A DNA stretch of 53,847 bases from contig CAZXKS010000001.1 of NCBI GenBank assembly GCA_964641265.1, positions 12,793 through 66,639 of the forward strand, written 5' to 3'. This document shows, one piece after another, positions 25,717 to 33,449 of this stretch. The position numbers and the translations under genes were made by a program. The notes below the pieces were generated by a model. It had not been told where the DNA came from, searched no databases, and worked only from the letters and a program-made list of their open reading frames with translations. Position 1 is the stretch's first letter. Every line of letters starts with the position of its first letter. This DNA comes from an uncultured Methanosarcinales archaeon. Lineage in GTDB: Archaea > Nanobdellota > Nanobdellia > Woesearchaeales > ARS49.

Positions 25717-26820
25717 ATGTGGGCTAAATGGGTGTTTTTGTTAATCTTGCTTATTGCTTGTCAGAATGCTGATATTTTGACTGGCGATGTTGTGCTTGAG
25801 ATGGAGGGTTCTTCTGATTCATCATCCGAACTTCTTTTTGTTGAACAGGAAGACGTGAAGGATGAGCGTTTAGAGTTTGCCAAAAAGCTTGGTCGTGCTG
25901 GCAAGGACAAGCGTTCTCTTTATGAAGAGTATGTTGATGTTATTGGCGCTAACGGCATTCTTGATGGTATAAAGGAATTGTGGCCTAATTGTCATTCTGA
26001 AGCGCATGATATTGGAAAGGTGATTTTTGCAAGGCTTGGCGATGTTGGCCAGAGTTTGCGTGTTTGCGCTGATAGTTGTCATACTGGTTGCATGCATGGC
26101 GTGCTCATGGAGGCTTTGTCTGGTGTGAATGCATCAGACGCTGAAGGCCATATTGATCCTGAGGCTCTTAAACCGTTCATGGATGAGATTTGTCTTAAGA
26201 ATGAGCAGATGGTTTCTGATTATTTGCCTGGCGAGTGTTCTCATGGTGTTGGCCATGCGCTTGCTTTTTTGTCAGGTTATGATATTTCTGAGGCCATCGG
26301 TGGTTGTAATGAGTTCAATAACTCTGGGATGAAATATTATTGTGCTAGTGGTGTTTACATGGAGTATGTTGCAGTGCGCGATAAAGAGGATAAAAAAACC
26401 AGGAGTTTGTTTTACCCTTGTGATACGTATGATTATCCTGCTGCTTGTGCTTGGCATAAGGTTCCTTATGTTTCCTCGAGGCTTTACAAGGCAGGTAAAA
26501 AGCTTCCTGAGATTGTTCAGGAGTGTGAAAAGCTTGATGGTAAGTTCAGGCTTGGTTGTTTTCACGGCTTGGGCAATGCGCATGCTGGTTTGATTACTCG
26601 TGGCAAGCTTGATATTAAGGATCTTTGTCTTCATGGAAGTGAGGCTGAACAGGTTCTATGTATCGAGGGTTCTGTTGAGCGTATGGCAAGGTATTATGAA
26701 AATAAGACTAGGGAGGTATGTGAGAAGCAGTTGGATGGCAAGCATGAAGAAATCTGCCTTACTGCTGTCAAAAACAAGATGAATAATATTAACAAGAATT
26801 TGACTCTTTATCTTGAGTAA
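25717..26820 (+). CDS. Secreted/lipoprotein-like Cys/His-repeat protein of unknown function
   Basis: 367 aa with signal MWAKWVFLLILLIACQ. Seven to eight ~33-aa helical repeats each start with a Cys-containing motif (CHSEAHDIG, CMHGV, CSHGVGHA, CASGVYME, CFHGLGNAHAG, CIEGSVE). Confidence 0.55.
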   Translation: MWAKWVFLLILLIACQNADILTGDVVLEMEGSSDSSSELLFVEQEDVKDERLEFAKKLGRAGKDKRSLYEEYVDVIGANGILDGIKELWPNCHSEAHDIGKVIFARLGDVGQSLRVCADSCHTGCMHGVLMEALSGVNASDAEGHIDPEALKPFMDEICLKNEQMVSDYLPGECSHGVGHALAFLSGYDISEAIGGCNEFNNSGMKYYCASGVYMEYVAVRDKEDKKTRSLFYPCDTYDYPAACAWHKVPYVSSRLYKAGKKLPEIVQECEKLDGKFRLGCFHGLGNAHAGLITRGKLDIKDLCLHGSEAEQVLCIEGSVERMARYYENKTREVCEKQLDGKHEEICLTAVKNKMNNINKNLTLYLE

Positions 26821-26852
26821 AGCTTTAATAGTGGTATTCTCGTCGATAATTT

Positions 26853-27611
26853 ATGTTATACCTTATTGGACTTGGACTTTCAGACGAGAAAGATATTTCC
26901 TTGAAAGGGCTTGAAGCTGTTAAGAAGTGTGATAAGCTTTACCTGGAATCCTATACTTCTAGGCTAGCTTGTAAAAAGGAAGACCTGGAGATGCTGTATG
27001 GCAAAAAGGTTGAGCTTGCTGGCAGGGAGTTTGTTGAAAGCGCAGAGCAGCTTCTAAAGGAGGCAAAGTCTGGCAGTGTTGCTTTGTTGGTTATTGGCGA
27101 CCCCTTGTGCGCTACTACTCATTGGGATATTTTGCAGCGTGCGAAAGAGTTGAAGATTAAGACTGAAGTCATTCATAACGCCTCAATTATTAACGCGGTT
27201 GGTGCTACTGGCTTGCAGGTTTACAAGTTTGGAAAGACTACAAGTATTCCTTTTCCTAGCGAGAAATATGAGATTGAGACGCCTTATAACATTATAAAAG
27301 AAAACAAATCCATTGGTGCCCATACTTTGGTTTTGTTGGATTTAGACCCTGCCAAAAACAAATTCTTGTCTGTTAATGAAGCAATTGAGATTTTGCGCAA
27401 AATCGAGAGGAAAAGAAACGAAAAAGTCTTTTTGCCGAAAGATTGGTGTGTTGGTGTTGCAAGACTTGGCTCTAAGGACCAGAAGATCGTGTCCGGCACT
27501 GTTTTAGAGGTTTCTGATGCTGATTTTGGCCCTCCTCCACACGCCCTAATCGTTCCCGGTAGCCTTCATTTTGTTGAGGAAGAAGCGCTTAAGCAGTGGA
27601 AAGTTTTATAA
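26853..27611 (+). CDS. dphB: Diphthine synthase
   Basis: 252 aa. MLYLIGLGLSDEKDISLKGLEAVKKCDKLYLESYTS is a typical tetrapyrrole-methylase-fold Dph5 N-terminus. GDPLCATTH motif. Confidence 0.9.
   Translation: MLYLIGLGLSDEKDISLKGLEAVKKCDKLYLESYTSRLACKKEDLEMLYGKKVELAGREFVESAEQLLKEAKSGSVALLVIGDPLCATTHWDILQRAKELKIKTEVIHNASIINAVGATGLQVYKFGKTTSIPFPSEKYEIETPYNIIKENKSIGAHTLVLLDLDPAKNKFLSVNEAIEILRKIERKRNEKVFLPKDWCVGVARLGSKDQKIVSGTVLEVSDADFGPPPHALIVPGSLHFVEEEALKQWKVL
27604..27611 (+). promoter_or_regulatory. TATA box for tRNA-Gln(UUG)
   Basis: TTTTATAA centred about 30 nt upstream of the tRNA. It overlaps the dphB stop codon. Confidence 0.5.
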
Positions 27612-27637
27612 GTCTATTTTTAGCCCGCTGTTCTTAC

Positions 27638-27710
27638 AGCCCCATCGTATAGCGGTCAAGTATAGAGGGCTTTGGACCCTTTGACGGCGGTTCGAATCCG
27701 CCTGGGGCTA
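27638..27710 (+). tRNA. tRNA-Gln (anticodon UUG)
   Basis: AGCCCCATCGTATAGCGGTCAAGTATAGAGGGCTTTGGACCCTTTGACGGCGGTTCGAATCCGCCTGGGGCTA. A1-U72 acceptor is typical of archaeal tRNA-Gln. Anticodon loop CTTTGGA. Confidence 0.9.
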
Positions 27711-27712
27711 TT

Positions 27713-28156
27713 ATGTACAAGCAGGAACTTTTGCAGGACATTAAAGGAATAAGTGGCGTTCCTTTATTTGTCGTATTAATCATAGTCTCTTTTTTGTTGG
27801 GCATGATTGAGCTTTCTGCTCAGTTAACTGTTGGGCTTGTGCTTGCTTATGCTGTTACTGTTTTGATTCGTATTTTTTATTTCAAGCGCCGTCCTGATAA
27901 AGAATCGCACAGGACTTTTATTGAGAAAATCGATGCGTCGAGTTTTCCTAGCCTTCACTCATTGCGCGCTGGCGTTTTGGCTACAATTTTGAGTTTGTAT
28001 TTTGGTAATAACTTGCTAACTATTTTGTTTGCCTTGTGTGCTTTTGCAGTTGCCTTTTCACGCGTCGTGTTAAAGCGCCATTTTGCCAGCGATGCTATTG
28101 CCGGCCTTGTGCTCGGTATTGGCATTGGTTTGCTCGTCGCAAGATTTATAAGCTGA
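27713..28156 (+). CDS. PAP2-family lipid phosphatase
   Basis: 147 aa, polytopic. Motifs KRRPDK (KxxxxxxRP), PSLHS (PSGH-like), SRVVLKRHFASD (SRxxxxxHxxxD). The ATG starts 2 nt after the tRNA-Gln 3' end. Confidence 0.8.
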   Translation: MYKQELLQDIKGISGVPLFVVLIIVSFLLGMIELSAQLTVGLVLAYAVTVLIRIFYFKRRPDKESHRTFIEKIDASSFPSLHSLRAGVLATILSLYFGNNLLTILFALCAFAVAFSRVVLKRHFASDAIAGLVLGIGIGLLVARFIS

Positions 28157-28174
28157 ATTTCGCTATTTCTTATC

Positions 28175-28537
28175 ATGGGGGGTTTGTCAAAGCAGCAGGC
28201 GTTTGTCCTGTTTGCGTTGGGGCGCTGTTATGAGGAATGTGATCGGCGTTTTGCAGATAAACCTCTTGTTGTGAATATGAACAAGAAGGCTTTTATCGAG
28301 CTTGCCCAGGCTGCCGGCATGGTAAGCAAGGGCGAGCGCGCGATGTACAAGAATTTGGAAGATCTGGAACAGAAGAAACTTATCTCTTATGTTAACAAGT
28401 CGCTAAAGTTGACTGAACGCGGAAATACGCGTTTCCAGGAGCTTCTTAGCAAGATAGAGCCTTATCTTGCTGTTTCTTTGCTTTTGCGTTCTGAGAATGT
28501 TTTGAAATATACTAAGGTTCAGGCAAAGTTTAAATAG
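28175..28537 (+). CDS. Hypothetical winged-helix-like protein
   Basis: 120 aa. MYKNLEDLEQKKLISYVNKSLKLTERG resembles a MarR/wHTH recognition helix plus wing. Confidence 0.45.
   Translation: MGGLSKQQAFVLFALGRCYEECDRRFADKPLVVNMNKKAFIELAQAAGMVSKGERAMYKNLEDLEQKKLISYVNKSLKLTERGNTRFQELLSKIEPYLAVSLLLRSENVLKYTKVQAKFK
28529..28536 (+). promoter_or_regulatory. TATA box for tRNA-Gln(CUG)
   Basis: TTTAAATA centred about 32 nt upstream of the tRNA. It overlaps the upstream stop codon. Confidence 0.5.
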
Positions 28538-28563
28538 CTCTTTTTTTGCGTTCTACATAATAC

Positions 28564-28636
28564 AGCCCCGTCGTATAGCGGTCAAGTATACGGGACTCTG
28601 ACTCCTGTGACGGCGGTTCGAATCCGCCCGGGGCTA
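28564..28636 (+). tRNA. tRNA-Gln (anticodon CUG)
   Basis: AGCCCCGTCGTATAGCGGTCAAGTATACGGGACTCTGACTCCTGTGACGGCGGTTCGAATCCGCCCGGGGCTA. Anticodon loop CTCTGAC. Near-identical to the UUG isoacceptor outside the anticodon arm. Confidence 0.9.
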
Positions 28637-29170
28637 TTGAGACTGGAACAAATTTTGGATACTGAATCAGCGGAATTTAAGTCAGCTTGGGAGATATACG
28701 AATCTTCCTTTCCTTCTGATGAGCGACGGAATCTCAACCAGCAGACTGAGCTTTTGAAAAACCCTCTTTACAAGTTCTTTGCTGCATACGACAATGGAAG
28801 TATAGTTGGGATTATAGGAACTTGGCAAATTGTTGATTTTGTTTTTATAGAGCATTTTGCAATTAAAGAAGGCTTGAGAGGTACAGGTTTGGGAACCTCA
28901 TTGTTGAATGCATTTATTCCGGGTAAAAGGGTTGTGCTTGAAACTGAACGCCCTGTTAATGATACTACAAGGCGGAGGATTGGTTTCTATGAAAGGCTTG
29001 GCTTCAAGTTGAACACCTATAACTACACTCAGCCTGCATACTCACCCGATAAGAAACCTGTACCTATGTTCTTGATGTCATGCCCTGAAACTTTGAGCGA
29101 ATCAGAATTTGTTGGAATAAGAAGGTTGTTGCACACTGTTGTTTATGGCCTTGAAAAGCCGTTAATTTAA
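28637..29170 (+). CDS. GNAT-family N-acetyltransferase
   Basis: The track ORF 28607..29170 begins inside the tRNA. The first plausible start is in-frame TTG at 28637, immediately after the tRNA. LRGTGLGTSLL acetyl-CoA loop and FYERLGF motif. The exact start is uncertain. Confidence 0.7.
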   Translation: MRLEQILDTESAEFKSAWEIYESSFPSDERRNLNQQTELLKNPLYKFFAAYDNGSIVGIIGTWQIVDFVFIEHFAIKEGLRGTGLGTSLLNAFIPGKRVVLETERPVNDTTRRRIGFYERLGFKLNTYNYTQPAYSPDKKPVPMFLMSCPETLSESEFVGIRRLLHTVVYGLEKPLI

Positions 29171-29886
29171 TCCTCATCTTCTTTGCAGTATCCGCCCACT
29201 ACTTCTATTCCTTCGTGGAATAATGTTGCATTGGCTGGCTCGTAGGTGACTGTTGCGTTTTCTGCTATGCGTATGCTTTGGTTATCGAAGTCAAATGTTA
29301 TGCTTCTGTCATTCAGCCATTCCGCTGCTTTTACGTTGAATTCATGTTCTTTAATTTCATAAAGCTCTGTTCTGCCCAAATCCGAGACGATTTTGCAAAG
29401 TTTTTTCTCTTCAATTTTTATGCACAAGCTTGTTCTCAGGTTTGTTGGTGCGCAGCGCTCAAATTTGTTGCATTGTGTGTGGATGCAGCAGCCATCTCTG
29501 TCTATGCATCTTTTTTGTTCTTCGCAGTATATTTTGTCGCTTGCACACCTGCATTCGCCTTTCTTTAGTTCTTCTCCGAAATTGCATTCTTTTGGCTCTT
29601 GGCATACTCCTTCTTCGCAGTTGCCTGTATCGCAGTCTTCATTTGTGCAGCATGTTTCTTCGTCTATGCATTTATTGTTGCAGAGTTTTTTGCCTGTGCC
29701 GCACGTGCAGACTCCTGCTTGGCAGAATCCAATTGTGCAGTTTATGTTTGCACAAAGGTCTTTTTCTTGTTCTATATTAGCTTGTTCTGCCACAGCTTGA
29801 TGTTCAGAAGTAGGCACTGTTCGTAATGCCGGCTCGCATGCTGCCAGCAAGATTAGAAGAATAACGAAAAGATGCTTAACCCCCAT
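29167..29886 (-). CDS. Cys-rich lipoprotein-like secreted protein
   Basis: 239 aa. MGVKHLFVILLILLAAC is lipobox-like. Repeated C...C.....C motifs occupy the first 150 aa, followed by a non-Cys beta-rich C-terminal domain. Confidence 0.6.
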   Translation of the reverse strand: MGVKHLFVILLILLAACEPALRTVPTSEHQAVAEQANIEQEKDLCANINCTIGFCQAGVCTCGTGKKLCNNKCIDEETCCTNEDCDTGNCEEGVCQEPKECNFGEELKKGECRCASDKIYCEEQKRCIDRDGCCIHTQCNKFERCAPTNLRTSLCIKIEEKKLCKIVSDLGRTELYEIKEHEFNVKAAEWLNDRSITFDFDNQSIRIAENATVTYEPANATLFHEGIEVVGGYCKEDED

Positions 29887-29929
29887 ATGCCACTACTGCA
29901 CAGTCATGGTATATATACTTTGCGCTGGC

Positions 29930-30385
29930 TTATTCAGTATAAATCTTAACCGCGCTCGGGTCATATTTCCAGTCTGGAACAAGTTTGCCTATTACTTTGT
30001 AGTATTTCACTAGTCTTTTGATCTTGCTCTCTGTTAATTGCAATCCTCTCACTGCCGTCATGTCCTGTTTGAAATTTTCTATATGTTTTCTTATGATTAC
30101 TGATCTTTTCATTAATGACATTAGGTCTTCTGGTATTTTTGGCTGTAGTTTCTTGTCTACTAGAATTTCTTGTAATCTTTTGCCTGTTAGCAATTTTACG
30201 CTTGGTACGCCGTAACTGTCTCTAAGAATTATTCCTATTTCGCTCGAGGTTTTGCCTTCTTTTGACAGTTTTCCTATCAGTAGTTCTATTTCTTTTGGTT
30301 TGTATCGTATCCACGTTGGCTTGCTTGGCTTTAGTGGTTTTTTGCTGCCGGAGTTTCCTCGGCCTCTTGAGTGCATTTTTGCCAT
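29930..30385 (-). CDS. rps15: 30S ribosomal protein S15 (S15P/S13e)
   Basis: MAKMHSRGRGNSGSKKP... from ATG at 30385, with GGAG about 10 nt upstream. The track ORF extends 6 codons further to a TTG. Confidence 0.9.
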   Translation of the reverse strand: MAKMHSRGRGNSGSKKPLKPSKPTWIRYKPKEIELLIGKLSKEGKTSSEIGIILRDSYGVPSVKLLTGKRLQEILVDKKLQPKIPEDLMSLMKRSVIIRKHIENFKQDMTAVRGLQLTESKIKRLVKYYKVIGKLVPDWKYDPSAVKIYTE

Positions 30386-30601
30386 ATAATATTCTCCGTT
30401 CAAGAAATGCTTGTCGCCAGTACAAGGAAGGTTTTACCCGCCTTGTCTCTTGAACATATAGGATTTTCCGACGGTGATTTATAAGCTTTTCTATAATCAT
30501 CGACGAACGAGCGCGACATTACGGAGTAAGGAGCGTATCGTGAGGAGTGTTTTCGAGCGAAGCGAGTTTATGTGCAGAAAATAATTTTCTAATAAAAAAA
30601 A

Positions 30602-30883
30602 TTAAAGAAGCCCTCGTATATCATCTATTCTGCTCGCAACGTCGTTTCCTTTCTTTGTTAAAGCTAGCAGTTTTAGTCTGCCTTGCTTGTCGAAGTTGAC
30701 CAAACCTTCGTGCTCCATTTCTTGCAGAATTTTAACAACGTGCGAGTATGTGCAATCAATTACCTTTGCCAGCGAGCTCGCATAAACTTCGCTCTTGGCG
30801 TTTTTTAGCTCTACCAACATCATGGCCGGTTTCTCTCTGAAAAACGTTTTAAAAATTTCCTTATTCTTATTCAAACTACCCAC
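30602..30883 (-). CDS. Small winged-helix transcriptional regulator
   Basis: 93 aa (GTG start; internal ATGs are possible). SSLAKVIDCTYSHVVKILQEMEHEGLV is an HTH, followed by the wing KQGRLKLLALTKKG. Confidence 0.6.
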   Translation of the reverse strand: MGSLNKNKEIFKTFFREKPAMMLVELKNAKSEVYASSLAKVIDCTYSHVVKILQEMEHEGLVNFDKQGRLKLLALTKKGNDVASRIDDIRGLL

Positions 30884-30938
30884 CCCGCTGTTGAAATCAT
30901 TGTATTGGAGTATATATTTAAATGTTTCGCAGAAACGA

Positions 30939-30955
30939 TTTTATCGTCGATAAAA
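30939..30955. promoter_or_regulatory. Perfect 8-1-8 palindrome, candidate operator
   Basis: TTTTATCG-t-CGATAAAA in the divergent intergenic region between the wHTH regulator and xpd. Confidence 0.4.
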
Positions 30956-31039
30956 CTTCAATTTATCCTGCAAGAAATACTTTTCCTTTAAAATCCTTTG
31001 CGATAAGCATATAAACGTATTGCATTTTGTGAAAAAACA

Positions 31040-32872
31040 ATGTTATTTTCTCATGAAGTTGTTCGCCCTAGCCAGAAGGAGCTGATTGAAACAGTTACAA
31101 AGGCGTTGAAAGAAAAAAAACACGTTCTCGCACACGCTCCTACTGGTCTTGGCAAAACTGCTGCTGTTTTATGTCCTGCTTTGGAACTTGCTCTTCAACG
31201 CGATCTCACTGTTTTCTTCCTAACTTCCCGTCACACTCAGCACAAAATTGTGCTTGAAACGGCAAAAAAAATTATGGAAAGGAACAAGATTGTTTTTCCT
31301 GTTGCGAGTTTGATTGGCAAGAAGTGGATGTGTGCGCAGGAAAATGTTGAAAACATGCCATCTGGTGATTTCGCGGAATATTGTAAGGGCATGGTTGAGA
31401 ATAATCTATGTGAGTTTTATACCAATGCCCGTGGCAAAAACAATCTGACAGCCCAAAAAGTGTTGTCGGAATTGAATGCGGATTCCCCGCTGCCGACTGA
31501 AACTGTAATGCTAAGATGCATTCAGCAAAAATTGTGTCCGTATGAGATGTCTTTGATGCTTGCTGAGAATTCTAAGGTTGTTGTTGCTGATTATTTTTAT
31601 CTGTTTAATGAACACATCAGGGAAGCGTTGTTCGGAAAGATTAAGAAAAAGCTGGAGCAAGCGATAATCATTGTTGATGAAGGGCATAATTTGCCTGCGC
31701 GTGTTCGTGATTTGCTTACTTTTCGTTTGTCCAACAAAGGTATGAAGCTTGCTGTGCAGGAAGCCAAGAAGCATCATTTGGATGATGCGCTTTCCTTGCT
31801 TGTTGAGATTCAGGAAGTGTTGAACAAGTTAAGCGAGAATTTGAAAGAGGAGAATTTGGTCAAGCGCGAGCTTTTCTTTGAGCCTTTGAATAAATTCAAG
31901 AAGTATGATGAGATTATTGCTGAATTGGAGCTTTCTGCTGAAGAAGTTAGGGCTGAACAGAAAGTTTCGCATATTGGAAGTGTTGCTCGTTTTTTGGAAG
32001 CTTGGAAGCATGATGGTGCGGGCTTTGCGCGTTTTATATCCAGAAGGGAAATGTTTGTAACACTCAGTATTCGTTGCCTTGATCCTGCTTTGGCCACTAA
32101 AGCAGTGTTTGATGATTGTTATGCTGCTGTTGTCATGTCTGGCACTTTAAGTCCTACAAGCATGTATGCTGATGTTTTGGGTATGCAAAATGCTGTAAGC
32201 AGGTCTTTTCCTAGTCCTTTTCCTGAAAGCAATAGGTTAACTTTGATTATTCCAAAAACTACTACAAAGTTCACATTGCGCAGTGATCGTCAATATAGCG
32301 AAATTGGTAAGATTTGTGCTGATTTTGCTAACAGGATTCCGGGTTGTGTAATGCTTTTTTTTCCTAGTTATAATCTTAGAAATTTTGTTGCGCGGTTTTT
32401 TTCTGAAAAATATAATAGGCAAGTGTTTTTTGAAGACCCAGGTATGGACAAAGCCAATAGGCAGCTGTTGTTAGACAAGTTTTCCTCCCATGCCAAGGAG
32501 GGCGCTGCGCTTTTGGGAGTTGCTTCTGGTTCTTTTGGTGAGGGTATTGATTTGCCTGGCATTTTGAAGGGCGTTATTGTTGTTGGCCTGCCTTTGGACA
32601 AGCCTGATTTGGAGACGACTGAGCTTATTTCTTATTATGATAAAAAGTTTGGCAAGGGTTGGGAGTATGGCTATATTTTGCCTGCTATGACGCGCTGCAT
32701 TCAGAATGCGGGCAGGTGTATTAGGTCTGAGAAGGACAGGGGCGTGATTGCTTTTGTGGACGAAAGATACGCCTGGCCTCGCTATAAGTCTTGTTTTCCG
32801 CCTGAATGGAAATTAAAGATAACTACTGATTACGATGAAGAGCTCGCCAGGTTTTTTGGCAGGCTTGCATAG
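31040..32872 (+). CDS. xpd: XPD/Rad3-family Fe-S DNA helicase
   Basis: 610 aa. Walker A HAPTGLGKT, DEGHNL, a four-Cys Fe-S cluster region (CAQ...C...C...CPY), C-terminal QNAGRCIRS. Confidence 0.9.
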   Translation: MLFSHEVVRPSQKELIETVTKALKEKKHVLAHAPTGLGKTAAVLCPALELALQRDLTVFFLTSRHTQHKIVLETAKKIMERNKIVFPVASLIGKKWMCAQENVENMPSGDFAEYCKGMVENNLCEFYTNARGKNNLTAQKVLSELNADSPLPTETVMLRCIQQKLCPYEMSLMLAENSKVVVADYFYLFNEHIREALFGKIKKKLEQAIIIVDEGHNLPARVRDLLTFRLSNKGMKLAVQEAKKHHLDDALSLLVEIQEVLNKLSENLKEENLVKRELFFEPLNKFKKYDEIIAELELSAEEVRAEQKVSHIGSVARFLEAWKHDGAGFARFISRREMFVTLSIRCLDPALATKAVFDDCYAAVVMSGTLSPTSMYADVLGMQNAVSRSFPSPFPESNRLTLIIPKTTTKFTLRSDRQYSEIGKICADFANRIPGCVMLFFPSYNLRNFVARFFSEKYNRQVFFEDPGMDKANRQLLLDKFSSHAKEGAALLGVASGSFGEGIDLPGILKGVIVVGLPLDKPDLETTELISYYDKKFGKGWEYGYILPAMTRCIQNAGRCIRSEKDRGVIAFVDERYAWPRYKSCFPPEWKLKITTDYDEELARFFGRLA

Positions 32873-33062
32873 TCGTTTTTCATATGTCGGAAACCCTCTG
32901 CGCGGAAACAATTGGGCTTTAGCCCGTGGAGGAGCGCAGGGTTTCCGAGCATGCTCAAGAACCACCGCGTGATGTTCGCGCTCTATGTGTCATTCACGCC
33001 ACCTGCTTTAGCGGTGGTTCTTGACAACAAAATTTATATACCTCTCTTCTCGTGGCAAGTTT

Positions 33063-33449
33063 ATGCCTAAAAAGAAGGGAAGTATTTTTGAAAAAGACAA
33101 GGAATCCGAATTTGCGAGTAAGCCTGAAGAATTCTTGGACGAGCCTGAAGAGCACGTGGAAAGTCATGAGGATGCTGAAATAAAGATTCATATTGGCGAA
33201 AAGGAAGCTGATGTTTATACTGAAGAAGGTAGGGAAGAATTGACTGTTGACGAGGGTGAGATTGCTCCTTGGGAAGAGGGCTTTGCTGCGGGCGCAGAAG
33301 GTCGTGGCGAGGGAACAACGTGTGCTCATTGTGAGAAACCTTTGGGTGATAGGGAAGAAAACGTTTTTGAGCGTGAGTATAAGGGTGTATTGATGTTGTT
33401 TTGCAGCGAGAAATGCGCGAAATCAGGTCCTTCAATAGAACAAGACTAG
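33063..33449 (+). CDS. Acidic protein with a C-terminal TRASH/zinc-ribbon-like metal-binding domain
   Basis: ATG at 33063 (MPKKKGSIFEKD...). C-terminal CAHCEKPL...FCSEKCAKSG. TATA-like AAATTTATATA upstream. Confidence 0.6.
   Translation: MPKKKGSIFEKDKESEFASKPEEFLDEPEEHVESHEDAEIKIHIGEKEADVYTEEGREELTVDEGEIAPWEEGFAAGAEGRGEGTTCAHCEKPLGDREENVFEREYKGVLMLFCSEKCAKSGPSIEQD

Noticed and set aside
27638-28636. The PAP2 and wHTH genes bracketed by two tRNA-Gln genes as an integrated element with tRNA att duplication.
   Set aside because: The two tRNAs are full-length, distinct isoacceptors (UUG and CUG) rather than a gene plus a partial att copy. The enclosed genes have native codon bias, and no integrase is present.
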